This document shows, in pieces, positions 9,378 through 17,613 of a DNA stretch of 51,096 nt; the stretch's first letter is position 1; each line of letters starts with the position of its first letter. The stretch is from positions 1 through 51,096 of IMG/VR virus record IMGVR_UViG_3300035148_000158. One strand, 5' to 3'. The notes beneath the pieces are model-generated. The model made no database searches, was not told where the DNA came from, and saw nothing but the letters and a program-made list of their open reading frames with translations. The stretch comes from a virus (taxonomy: Duplodnaviria > Caudoviricetes). The translations under genes were made by a program, and so were the position numbers.

Positions 9378-9428
9378 CGTTTTGTCTCCTGAGGTAGTTA
9401 TCGTGTCCAAAGGGAGCACGTGGGAAAC

Positions 9429-9457
9429 ATGCTACACGTTCACCCGTGTTTTGTCAA
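9429..9457 (-). promoter_or_regulatory. Sigma70-type promoter for SSB
   Basis: TTGACA-N17-TAGCAT. Confidence 0.7.
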
Positions 9458-10453
9458 ACTGGAGAAGGTGTCCTTGAGCCATTCTTCCGGGGCCTCGCCT
9501 GCATCCTTGGCCCCCTCCGGCAGCTCGATCACCCCCACCCGAACACCCTTGTCCATCAGGTTGCGAATCCAACCCTTGTCGCCCCCCTGCCCGTAGAGCT
9601 TGGCCTTCCCCGTCTCATCGTTGTCCAGCATCAGCAGGACCTCGTCTTCACTGGAGAGCTTGGCCATCTTGTAGGGGGTGGTCTTGGCGGACAGGATCGC
9701 CATCACCTTGGGGTAGTACCGGGCCACCCGCATGCAATCGAACTGCCCCTCCACAATCACCATAGGACCGTTCATGTTCATGACCCGCTCGTTGAACCAG
9801 ACCAGATGCGAGTTGCGCACCCCGTTCCACGAGTAGTCGTAGTGCTTCAGGGGGGTTCTCGGTTCCACCTCCCCCGGCAGCTCGATCCTTCGCCCCCTCG
9901 CGCCGGAGAGCCTGTTCTCGACGTCCCAGATGGGAGCGATCAGCTTGTCCCGGTCGGCGTCGTAGCGGAGGTCGAAGTAGTCCGCCACATCCGGATGGAT
10001 GTTCCGGTGCAGCACGTAGTCGTGACTGCGCTTGAGCATCCTCCACACCGGGAAGGTCTCCAGCCACCACATCGGCCACTCCTGATACTCGGTGTAGGGG
10101 GAGGGCACCAGTGCTTCGTAGTCCGGGAGCACGAGGGCCTTGGACTCCTCCGCTGCCAGTATCTCCCGGGCCTTGGCGAGGTTGTAGCGGTGCCGTAGCT
10201 CGGGGCGGTTGGCGAGGTACATGTCCAGCGTCCCCACCAGTGCCGACATCGATCCGGAGTTGCACACGAAGCAGTTGTAGTTGCTCGTCTCCGTGTCGCT
10301 TACGTGGATGCCGAACGAGGGAGTGGAGTCCTTCCCGCCCTTGTGGGTGAAGGGGGCCAGTGGACAGGAGGCTTGCGCCCATCCGTGCCCGGAGTACTGG
10401 ACGTTGAAGACGCCCAGCGTGGCCATGAAGGCCTTCACCTGCTCGATGTTCAC
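9440..10453 (-). CDS. DNA primase (Zn finger + TOPRIM)
   Basis: CPLAPFTH...YNCFVC; IVEGQFD; LMLDNDETG; KDAGE. Confidence 0.9.
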   Translation of the reverse strand: MNIEQVKAFMATLGVFNVQYSGHGWAQASCPLAPFTHKGGKDSTPSFGIHVSDTETSNYNCFVCNSGSMSALVGTLDMYLANRPELRHRYNLAKAREILAAEESKALVLPDYEALVPSPYTEYQEWPMWWLETFPVWRMLKRSHDYVLHRNIHPDVADYFDLRYDADRDKLIAPIWDVENRLSGARGRRIELPGEVEPRTPLKHYDYSWNGVRNSHLVWFNERVMNMNGPMVIVEGQFDCMRVARYYPKVMAILSAKTTPYKMAKLSSEDEVLLMLDNDETGKAKLYGQGGDKGWIRNLMDKGVRVGVIELPEGAKDAGEAPEEWLKDTFSSLTKHG

Positions 10454-10590
10454 TTGGAGAGGGTCCGCATGCAGTAGAGGAAGCTGTGGGTCTCCCGGCA
10501 CTCGGACCAGACGGAGTACTCGGCGTATCCCGCAGCAATGATGATCAGCAAAAGCACTGCCAAGAACAGAAGGGGACTCAGGTTCCTCAT
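10450..10590 (-). CDS. 46-aa membrane protein (not in the ORF track)
   Basis: Manual translation MRNLSPLLFLAVLLLIIIAAGYAEYSVWSECRETHSFLYCMRTLSK; 4-bp overlaps at both ends. Confidence 0.65.
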   Translation of the reverse strand: MRNLSPLLFLAVLLLIIIAAGYAEYSVWSECRETHSFLYCMRTLSK

Positions 10591-10733
10591 GGATACACCG
10601 TAGGCTTGAGACGGGCGTTGCGTTCGAACTGCCGGATGTAGTCCGTCATGGCCATGCGCTCATGGAGACCAGCGAAGAAGCTGCTCGGGAAGGCGTAGGG
10701 TAGCACCCGCTTCCGGTTGAACTTGCTCCGCAT
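10587..10733 (-). CDS. 48-aa hypothetical protein (not in the ORF track)
   Basis: Manual translation MRSKFNRKRVLPYAFPSS...KPTVYP; ATGA overlap with the next gene. Confidence 0.5.
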   Translation of the reverse strand: MRSKFNRKRVLPYAFPSSFFAGLHERMAMTDYIRQFERNARLKPTVYP

Positions 10734-10734
10734 G

Positions 10735-10959
10735 CTACGCCTTGGGGATCGCCGCATTCTTCTCTCCGTAGAGTTCCAGAATGGCCTTGGCCACCAACAC
10801 GGCCATGTACTGCGGCATGGCGAATCTCAGGTTGGGGGCACTGCTGTCTTGCAGCTCCACCAGCTCCAGACCGTCGGAGTCGGGTCCCACTTGGAAGTAG
10901 TCCCCGGTGTCGTCGTTGTAGATGCGAATGAAGCGCTCGATGCTGTGGGGTGTGGTCAT
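10735..10959 (-). CDS. 74-aa hypothetical protein
   Basis: MTTPHSIERFIRIYNDD...; TGATG coupling to the HD gene. Confidence 0.65.
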   Translation of the reverse strand: MTTPHSIERFIRIYNDDTGDYFQVGPDSDGLELVELQDSSAPNLRFAMPQYMAVLVAKAILELYGEKNAAIPKA

Positions 10960-11558
10960 CAGCCCTCCTTGACGGCTTGGTCGATGCTGTTCAGGTTCTC
11001 CCGGAAGGCCTGCTCCCGGTAGTCGGTGAGGAACCCCTTCGCCCGCTCGTACAGCAGCAGGTCGCCCTTGGTGAGCACCTTCATCAGCTCGGTCTTCTCC
11101 CGATAGAACACCCGCGAGAAGTTGGGATCGTGCTTGAAGATGCTCGGAGCGTTGTCGATCAGGTCGGCCAGCTTGATGCTGTGCACTTCCCCCGGGCAGT
11201 CCACGAATCGATTCAGCACGTAGGCCTTGCGGGCCGCTCGATTGCCGAACACGGGTCCCGGATCGGTCAGCATCAGCACGTAGTAGTGCACCAGCCCGCC
11301 GAAGTGCTCCTTGATGGTGTACTCGGTAACCGAGGTGTCTTCCAGAACGTCGTGAAGGAGGGCAGCCTCGATCATTTCGATGCTGCGCCCCGTCGTCTGA
11401 GAAATGGTGGTCGCCACCCGGGCCACGTGGTACCAGTACGGCTCGTCCACGTAGCGGCGACGTTGGGCACCGTGCGCCTGAACGGCGAACTCCAGTGCCC
11501 GGTCGTAGCGAAGACGCTCCCACGGCTCCAACGCGGGAGGCGTGATGATGTCGGTCAT
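10959..11558 (-). CDS. RelA/SpoT-type HD domain protein, small alarmone ((p)ppGpp) hydrolase-like
   Basis: FAVQAHGAQRR..EPYWYH, AALLHDVLEDT, IKLADLIDN. Confidence 0.88.
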   Translation of the reverse strand: MTDIITPPALEPWERLRYDRALEFAVQAHGAQRRRYVDEPYWYHVARVATTISQTTGRSIEMIEAALLHDVLEDTSVTEYTIKEHFGGLVHYYVLMLTDPGPVFGNRAARKAYVLNRFVDCPGEVHSIKLADLIDNAPSIFKHDPNFSRVFYREKTELMKVLTKGDLLLYERAKGFLTDYREQAFRENLNSIDQAVKEG

Positions 11559-12016
11559 TCCTTGGCCTTCACCGACAGGAGGCGACGGGAACCGAAGTCC
11601 TGCTCCACGAACGCGGCCAGCTCGGCCTCGCTCAGGTACTGCTTGGCGTCCGTCAGGCTGATCGAAATCAGGGCCAGCAGGGCCTCATAGCCGATCTTGG
11701 CCTTGAGAGCGCCGATCAGGCCTTGCATGTCGGTGACCTTCGTGACCGTCGACTTGGGCGAGAACTCGACCGTCCCCTTCGATCCCGTGAGGATCACCTT
11801 CTGGTCCCCGGCGTACTGGTCGCCCGCCGCTTCCGAGGCGAGGACCTTCTTGGCCGCGTCCTGTTCCTTCATCAGGGGCTTGATCGCCGCGAGCTGCTCT
11901 TCCAGCTCGATCATCTGGTCGACGGCAATGGCAATCGGGTCCGTGACCGTCTCCTGAAGGAGGTCGGGCTTCTGGACCTGTTGGGGGGCCTGCTTCTGAA
12001 TCAGCTTGACCGGCAT
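11555..12016 (-). CDS. Hypothetical protein with coiled coil
   Basis: GGAGG RBS and own promoter. Confidence 0.7.
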   Translation of the reverse strand: MPVKLIQKQAPQQVQKPDLLQETVTDPIAIAVDQMIELEEQLAAIKPLMKEQDAAKKVLASEAAGDQYAGDQKVILTGSKGTVEFSPKSTVTKVTDMQGLIGALKAKIGYEALLALISISLTDAKQYLSEAELAAFVEQDFGSRRLLSVKAKE

Positions 12017-12053
12017 TTCACCCTCCGTGGTTGATTGGGTACATCACGAGAGT

Positions 12054-12082
12054 ATTATCGCCCCTCTCTCGGGCTTTGTCAA
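12054..12082 (-). promoter_or_regulatory. Sigma70-type promoter
   Basis: TTGACA-N17-GATAAT. Confidence 0.8.
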
Positions 12083-12088
12083 ATAGTC

Positions 12089-12106
12089 TGTGCACTCAAG
12101 TGCACT
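12089..12106. repeat. Dispersed palindrome copy 4, overlapping the dnaB stop, 6 bp upstream of a -35 box
   Basis: TGTGCACTCAAGTGCACT. Confidence 0.95.
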
Positions 12107-13373
12107 AGATGCTGGAGGTGTCGTAGTCGGCCTTCTGTTCTTCCTCCGTCACCTGCGAGAAGTCCATCATGGTGAAGTCCCAGCGAATCCGGAACTGCCC
12201 AATCTCCCCGTTGCGACCCTTCATCACATCCACCAGCCGGGTCTGCATGGTCTCGATCCCATCCTCCTGCATGAGGCCCAAAGCAATCGTGCTGATCTGG
12301 CCAATGGCATCGGAGTAGCCGATGTCTTCCAACCCCGCCTTCTCCTGCTTCTTCTTCTTGGTGGCTTCCCGGGAGAATTGGAAGGAGGCCAGCGTGCCGA
12401 GGTCGAGGTCCGAGGAGAAGCGCTTCATGGCCTCCACGTTTTCAGCAACCTTCTCGTAGCGTCCCAGTCGGGGGTTGCGGTTGCGCAACAGGTAGCCGCC
12501 GTCCACCAGCACCAGCGGGCACTTGAGCTGCACGGCCAGCGTGTAGATGTCCTCAGGGTCGGCCGCGAGGTTGCCGTCCACGATGTAGAGCTTCCCGGTT
12601 TCCTTCTCCGCCTCGCTGATCCGCTCCCGGAACAGGCCGAGGGAGTGCGAGGAGAAAGTAGCCGACTTGAGCTGCGTGAGGTTGATGTGCGTGTACATGG
12701 AGGACGTCCGTTGCGCAATCGCAAGCGTGTTCATCTCCATGGACACGAACAGCACGTTCTTCCCGGCCAGCCAGTTGTGGATGGCCACGTAGAGCATCTT
12801 GAAAGACTTGCCCATGGCCGGTCGCCCGACGATGGAGATGAAGTCCCCCGGGAGGATTCCGCCACTTGAAACGTCGAGGTACGGCCACCCGAAACTCGCC
12901 GGGGGGTCGATCTGCTTCATGGTGTTGTAGTAGTTCTGGAGGACGAGGTCCTTGCCCTCCGCCCCGAAGTCGGTGATGCGGTGCCGGTACTTCTGCTCGG
13001 CCACCTCCGCCACGGCCTGCTGCAACACCTTCACGGCAGCGTCAACCGCCGTCGGGTCTTCCTTGAGAATCTCGTGCGATTCCTTGTTGGCCTTGGCCAC
13101 CGTGTCGTACGAGAAGCGCTCGGCCAACTTGTCGACGTAGTACTTGGAGGTCTCCGCCGCATTGACGGGTCCCAGCTCGGGGAACTTCTCCAGCACCAGT
13201 GCCAGCGTGGGCACCGACTGGTACTTCCTCAGGTGGCCGTCCACGAACAGGAACAGGCCCCGCTCCAGATCGCCCTTGAACAACTTCTCCGTCAGCTTGG
13301 CGTGGTGAAACGCCAGTGCGTTGCCTTCGGCCACCAGCGCACGGATGGCCTTCAATCCCAGTCCGTAAGACAT
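12105..13373 (-). CDS. dnaB: DnaB-like replicative helicase
   Basis: VGRPAMGKS, FVSMEM, LVDGGYL, ASFQFSRE, IGYSDAIGQ, MKGRNGE; start at 13373 by TGATG coupling. Confidence 0.92.
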   Translation of the reverse strand: MSYGLGLKAIRALVAEGNALAFHHAKLTEKLFKGDLERGLFLFVDGHLRKYQSVPTLALVLEKFPELGPVNAAETSKYYVDKLAERFSYDTVAKANKESHEILKEDPTAVDAAVKVLQQAVAEVAEQKYRHRITDFGAEGKDLVLQNYYNTMKQIDPPASFGWPYLDVSSGGILPGDFISIVGRPAMGKSFKMLYVAIHNWLAGKNVLFVSMEMNTLAIAQRTSSMYTHINLTQLKSATFSSHSLGLFRERISEAEKETGKLYIVDGNLAADPEDIYTLAVQLKCPLVLVDGGYLLRNRNPRLGRYEKVAENVEAMKRFSSDLDLGTLASFQFSREATKKKKQEKAGLEDIGYSDAIGQISTIALGLMQEDGIETMQTRLVDVMKGRNGEIGQFRIRWDFTMMDFSQVTEEEQKADYDTSSI

Positions 13374-13909
13374 CAGTTCGCCCGGTAGTAGTTGTCTTGC
13401 AGGTTCTGTGCGAACAGCTTGCCGTAGGCCGACTCCATGGCAGCCATGCTCTCCACGTACACACACGTGGGCCGGTTCCGGGACTGTCGATGCAGCAGCA
13501 AGTCGTAGAGGTCCTGCACCTGCCAGTCAGGCAGGGACTTGCCCGCCGTCTTCTGGAAGACGTTGGGGATCATCAGCACCGTCGGGTCGATGCTGCCCTC
13601 CTTGTCGGACAGCACGGTGTTGAGCAACACCACCCGGGCGTCGATGTAGTTCCTCAGCAGGGCGCACGTAGCCGCCCGCATGACCCGCAGGGGACCATGA
13701 GGGACGTCCCCCACCAACAGGAACCCCTCTCCCCGCTCAAGGTGCTCAGGGAAGTTCACCAGCCACTCCAGCAGCTCCGGAGTGACCCACGGCTTGGCTG
13801 AGGTCTTCAGCAGCTCTGTGGTGACCCCTGCCCGCTCGCACACGTGGACGATGTCTTCCAAGATGCGGCGGTGCTTCTCGGGGGTAAGGACCGAGGTCTC
13901 TTCCGTCAT
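13373..13909 (-). CDS. DnaC/IstB-like helicase loader, degenerate ATPase
   Basis: Sits between the initiator and dnaB; LYDLLLHRQSRNRPTCV resembles the DnaC C-terminal part; no canonical Walker A. Confidence 0.55.
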   Translation of the reverse strand: MTEETSVLTPEKHRRILEDIVHVCERAGVTTELLKTSAKPWVTPELLEWLVNFPEHLERGEGFLLVGDVPHGPLRVMRAATCALLRNYIDARVVLLNTVLSDKEGSIDPTVLMIPNVFQKTAGKSLPDWQVQDLYDLLLHRQSRNRPTCVYVESMAAMESAYGKLFAQNLQDNYYRAN

Positions 13910-14934
13910 GGATTCTTCCCGAACAGGATGGCTTCGACTTCTTCGACAGTGGCCGGAACGTGCTCCGGGGCCTTGGCCTTGGAGGCTGGCTTGGGGGTGC
14001 TCACAGGAGCAGCCTTCTTCACCGGCTTGGTCTTCTCGGCCATCAGCTTGGCGGCGGACTTCCAGTGGGTGACGAGGTAGCCCAGCGAAGGCTCAGCGGG
14101 CCTGCTCTTCTCCCCGGCATCCATGGAGGCCTCAAGGGTGAACTCCGCCCAGTTGGCCACGGCAAAGGACATGAGGCCTGCTGCCTGCCCTCCGGCTTGC
14201 TTGACGAGGGCACGGATGAAGCCGACTTCCTTGGCGGGGAGGTCGAAGGCGTACACCTTGTTCCGCTCGCTGATCAGGGCCTTCCACAGAATCTTGAGCT
14301 TGCTGATCTTGGTGGAATCGCGGGGCTTCTTCTCTACCCCCTGTTTTTCCCTCACCCCTTTTAGGAAGTTGTCTAGCTCGCCCATGATCTTGTCGGCGTC
14401 AGCCGATGAAGTTCTGAAAGTCTCTACTGCTGTCACTACTGTACTACAGGATTTGCTCAGTTTGAGCGCTTCTGAGGATTGCTCAGTTTGAGCACTCGAT
14501 GTGGTCAATTTGACACTATGAGATTGGGTAGTGTGGGATGCCTCCGGATATTGGGGGATAGTCTCCACCCCCTCCATGAGCTTCTCCAGCACTTCGAAGT
14601 CGATGGTGTACCAGAGGGTGTGGTCCCGGTTGTCTCCGGACAGCTTCTTGGTGATCAGCACGCCGCTGGACCTGAGGTTGTCCACGATCCTGCGGATGGT
14701 GGCATTGGACCAGAAGGGGAAGTCCGCGTGCCACTGCTCGTAGGTGTTGTACATCCAGCTTCGGTCCTCGTGCTGATTCTGGCCCCTCTGCTCGTTGAAC
14801 ATGATCCAGAAGTACACCCTCTGGAGGAACATGGCCTCGTGCAGGCCGAGGGCTAACGCCAACGGGCGGGAGGTACCCACCATAGGCTCCCCCGCCAGTC
14901 CGTGGACTGCCGGAACCTTCACGTTCTTGGCCAT
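13906..14934 (-). CDS. Replication initiator (winged-helix, lambda O/replisome-organiser-like)
   Basis: LALALGLHEAMFLQ...WMYNTYEQWHADFPFWSNATIRR...TLWYTIDF. Confidence 0.8.
   Translation of the reverse strand: MAKNVKVPAVHGLAGEPMVGTSRPLALALGLHEAMFLQRVYFWIMFNEQRGQNQHEDRSWMYNTYEQWHADFPFWSNATIRRIVDNLRSSGVLITKKLSGDNRDHTLWYTIDFEVLEKLMEGVETIPQYPEASHTTQSHSVKLTTSSAQTEQSSEALKLSKSCSTVVTAVETFRTSSADADKIMGELDNFLKGVREKQGVEKKPRDSTKISKLKILWKALISERNKVYAFDLPAKEVGFIRALVKQAGGQAAGLMSFAVANWAEFTLEASMDAGEKSRPAEPSLGYLVTHWKSAAKLMAEKTKPVKKAAPVSTPKPASKAKAPEHVPATVEEVEAILFGKNP
14453..14516. other. Putative replication origin iterons inside the initiator gene
   Basis: TTGCTCAGTTTGAGC at 14453 and 14479 plus related TGGTCAATTTGACAC at 14502, in a locally AT-richer tract. 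Confidence 0.65.
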
Positions 14935-14942
14935 GCGGCCTC

Positions 14943-15209
14943 CTAGCTGATACGCAGCTCGACCGCCCCTTCACCGAGGTCTGCCCGGGGGGACTTGGTC
15001 CACTGAACCGACTGGGGGCGGACCCCCACTTCCTTCAGGATGGACGCCACCACCCCCTTGGCGGCTCGGATGGCCTTGGCCCGGTCGGGGTGGGCCTCAC
15101 CGTCCGTGGTGATCCTGCCCTTGTTCTCGATGTGCCAGTGCCACGGCTGGTCGCTCGCCTTCCGGGAGGTGATCTGATCCGGAAGGGACTTGAACACGAT
15201 GATCTTCAT
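14943..15209 (-). CDS. Small protein, DUF1508/YegP-like
   Basis: WHWHIENKGRITTDGEAHPDRAKAIRAA pattern. Confidence 0.5.
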   Translation of the reverse strand: MKIIVFKSLPDQITSRKASDQPWHWHIENKGRITTDGEAHPDRAKAIRAAKGVVASILKEVGVRPQSVQWTKSPRADLGEGAVELRIS

Positions 15210-15302
15210 GGAGCTTTCCTTTCAGATGGGCGCACCGCCCACACGTTGCCTGCCGCTCGTTGTTGAACTTCAGGTGGCAGATTTTGCACCGGTACGACAT
15301 GC

Positions 15303-15869
15303 CTACTCCAGACCGGACGAGGAGGAGAACTGCGGGGGCTGATAGACCCCGGTGTTGGAAGAGAGGGGAATGTCGTCCGCCGGAGCGTCGATCAGGTTCT
15401 GGAGGGTACCCTCTTCGACGCACAGGGTCCCGCCATCGGCCTCCACGGCCTCCTTGAGGGCCTTGCACAGGTCCGGACCGAAGGTGCTCTTGTAGAACTC
15501 GGCAAACTGCCTCAGGCCGTTCTCGCACCGGGTGAGCAGGAAAAACTGCTTCACCTTCCAGAACGGGGCCTCGTTGTTGCTGCCGTCCCACTGCGCCACC
15601 TTGAAGGAGGGGAAGGGGTTGTTCGACATGCTACCCCCGTAGATGCGGATGCGCACCGCCGCCGCGAACACCGGCAGCAGCTTCTCGTCCCCCGTGGGGG
15701 AGACCTCCTTGCGGGGGTACGGACCCCAGACGATGTTCACCCAGAGGCTGCCCTGCCCGTCCTTGCCGGTGGCCACCTTGGTGTACTTGCCGAAGCTGGA
15801 GGGCTTGGTTTCCAGAGTCGTGTCGACCGGGACGTCGAGACCGGGGACGATGTCGCTGAGGTTCTTCAT
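15303..15869 (-). CDS. Hypothetical protein
   Basis: 188-aa ORF with GAGAGGA RBS and upstream promoter. Confidence 0.7.
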   Translation of the reverse strand: MKNLSDIVPGLDVPVDTTLETKPSSFGKYTKVATGKDGQGSLWVNIVWGPYPRKEVSPTGDEKLLPVFAAAVRIRIYGGSMSNNPFPSFKVAQWDGSNNEAPFWKVKQFFLLTRCENGLRQFAEFYKSTFGPDLCKALKEAVEADGGTLCVEEGTLQNLIDAPADDIPLSSNTGVYQPPQFSSSSGLE

Positions 15870-15887
15870 AGTTCCTCTCCGTAGGTT

Positions 15888-15905
15888 TGTGCACCTGAGT
15901 GCACT
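15888..15905. repeat. Dispersed palindrome copy 5, in a 5' leader
   Basis: TGTGCACCTGAGTGCACT (one internal mismatch). Confidence 0.9.
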
Positions 15906-15923
15906 GGGTTGTAGATTACTTCA

Positions 15924-15952
15924 ATCTTACCCAATACAACTCCTTTTGTCAA
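15924..15952 (-). promoter_or_regulatory. Sigma70-type promoter
   Basis: TTGACA-N17-TAAGAT. Confidence 0.75.
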
Positions 15953-17127
15953 ATCCATTGGTGCGTCTTGATGGTCTGGTAGACCAGCTCAGCCACACTC
16001 GCGTGCGCTGCGGGGAGCGGCAGCTTGGTCGACGCAATGGTTGCGTGCAGCACCGATGCCCGGTCGAAGTTGGCTGGGGTCGGGAACACCGTCTGGTAGA
16101 CCTTCTGGGCGAACTCCTCGACTTCCTTGTCCGTCTTCAGCCCGAAGAGCTGGAAGCTGCGGTCGATCCGCCCAGCCCGGTACAGTTCCTTGGGGATGAT
16201 GTCGATGTCGTTGCTGGTCATCACAGTGAAGACTCGGGACTTGTGCTCTGCCAGCCACCACAGCAGTTGCGACAGCAGACGCTGGATCACCCCGGAGTCG
16301 TCCTTGGACCCGAAGAGCTTCTCGACCTCATCGATCAGCACCACGCACGGAGCCTCGCGCTCGATTATCTCCAGCGCACGGGCAAAACGGGCCTCTGAGT
16401 CGCCCATGTACCTCACGAGGGTGGTAGCCATGTCCATGCGGTACAAGGGCACCTCAAAGGCCTTGGCAATGGCCTTCGCGCCCATGGTCTTACCCACTCC
16501 GGGATCACCGTGGAGAAGCACCCCCCGGGGAATCAGCCGGGGATGCACATCCGCGAGGAAGTAGGGTTGATTTAGGTCAACCCACTCCTTCAGCTTGGTG
16601 GGCCACCAGTAGAACTCGTAGGCCGTGTCGACCTGAGCCAGCCCCTGCGTCGTTCCCATCACCATGGTGCGGGTGAGGCGCACTTCAGCAGGCTTGGTGC
16701 CTCCGGTACGGGACTGGGTGATGGCCAGCACCTCCATCACGGCCTTGAGGGACAGGCCCCGGAGGACTCTCATCAGGGGACGAATCTCCGCCGTGTGGAC
16801 CTGCTCGGCCAACGCTGAGGAGAGCATGGTGTCCGGGACGGGAAGCTCGCCCGCATCGAACACCAAGTTATTCGGACTCGTGTTGACTGCAATCAACTGC
16901 TTGCTTGCAGCAACGAAGTGCCGGTACAACTCCACCGTCACCTCATCATCCTTTTCCGTCCAGAACAGGTTGTTCTGGGTCATGACCTGAGTGGCCGACT
17001 TCGGGTTGGGCGGCAGCCTCATCACCTTGGTGGAGGCCAGCTCCCGGACCACTGCTTCGAAGTTCACCATGTCATCAGTGCGCACACCGATGATCGGAAG
17101 CCCCGCGTTCAATGCGGTTTCGAACAT
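15949..17127 (-). CDS. AAA+ ATPase (Ycf46-like)
   Basis: LLHGDPGVGKT, VLIDEVEK, MTSN, YRAGRIDR; ATG at 17127 with GGAG. Confidence 0.85.
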   Translation of the reverse strand: MFETALNAGLPIIGVRTDDMVNFEAVVRELASTKVMRLPPNPKSATQVMTQNNLFWTEKDDEVTVELYRHFVAASKQLIAVNTSPNNLVFDAGELPVPDTMLSSALAEQVHTAEIRPLMRVLRGLSLKAVMEVLAITQSRTGGTKPAEVRLTRTMVMGTTQGLAQVDTAYEFYWWPTKLKEWVDLNQPYFLADVHPRLIPRGVLLHGDPGVGKTMGAKAIAKAFEVPLYRMDMATTLVRYMGDSEARFARALEIIEREAPCVVLIDEVEKLFGSKDDSGVIQRLLSQLLWWLAEHKSRVFTVMTSNDIDIIPKELYRAGRIDRSFQLFGLKTDKEVEEFAQKVYQTVFPTPANFDRASVLHATIASTKLPLPAAHASVAELVYQTIKTHQWI

Positions 17128-17177
17128 TCCCACTCCATTAGAAAGAACGGGGCAAGAAGGTTTCCCCGCTTGCCCCA

Positions 17178-17205
17178 AGTATACCCCTTCTGCTAGGTTT
17201 GTCAA
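17178..17205 (-). promoter_or_regulatory. Sigma70-type promoter
   Basis: TTGACA-N16-TATACT. Confidence 0.7.
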
Positions 17206-17271
17206 ATCCGCTTACACTCTTTGCTTGCGGAGATTGGGCCACCTCCTCTCGCGGGTTACTCACCTCACACG

Positions 17272-17613
17272 TTACTGAGGCGCGGCCCTCGGAACAACAT
17301 CGTGAGGAATCCACCTCACGCATAGCACCTTGTACATGCCTCCCACCCGGGAGACCTTCGGCTCGACGCATCCCTTCAGCGTGAAGACTGGGACGCTTTC
17401 CCCCACGCAATAAACCTCGACGTCGTTGCCGTTGCGCTTGAAGCGCATGACGGGAGATTCACCGCAGGCCTTGAACTCCAGCGGCGTCGAGGGCCTCTGC
17501 ACCACAGAAGGAGACCCTCGTGGCTCCACCACTTGTGCACTTGAGTGCAACGCGAACAGAAGGAGGCATAAGCCGACAAGGGCCAGCGTCAGCCAGAAGT
17601 AGTGAGTCTTCAT
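17272..17613 (-). CDS. Hypothetical exported/membrane-anchored protein
   Basis: N-terminal hydrophobic signal-like segment; four Cys in the mature part. Confidence 0.6.
   Translation of the reverse strand: MKTHYFWLTLALVGLCLLLFALHSSAQVVEPRGSPSVVQRPSTPLEFKACGESPVMRFKRNGNDVEVYCVGESVPVFTLKGCVEPKVSRVGGMYKVLCVRWIPHDVVPRAAPQ
17534..17551. repeat. Dispersed palindrome copy 6, intragenic
   Basis: TGTGCACTTGAGTGCAAC; encodes LHSSAQ. Confidence 0.9.
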
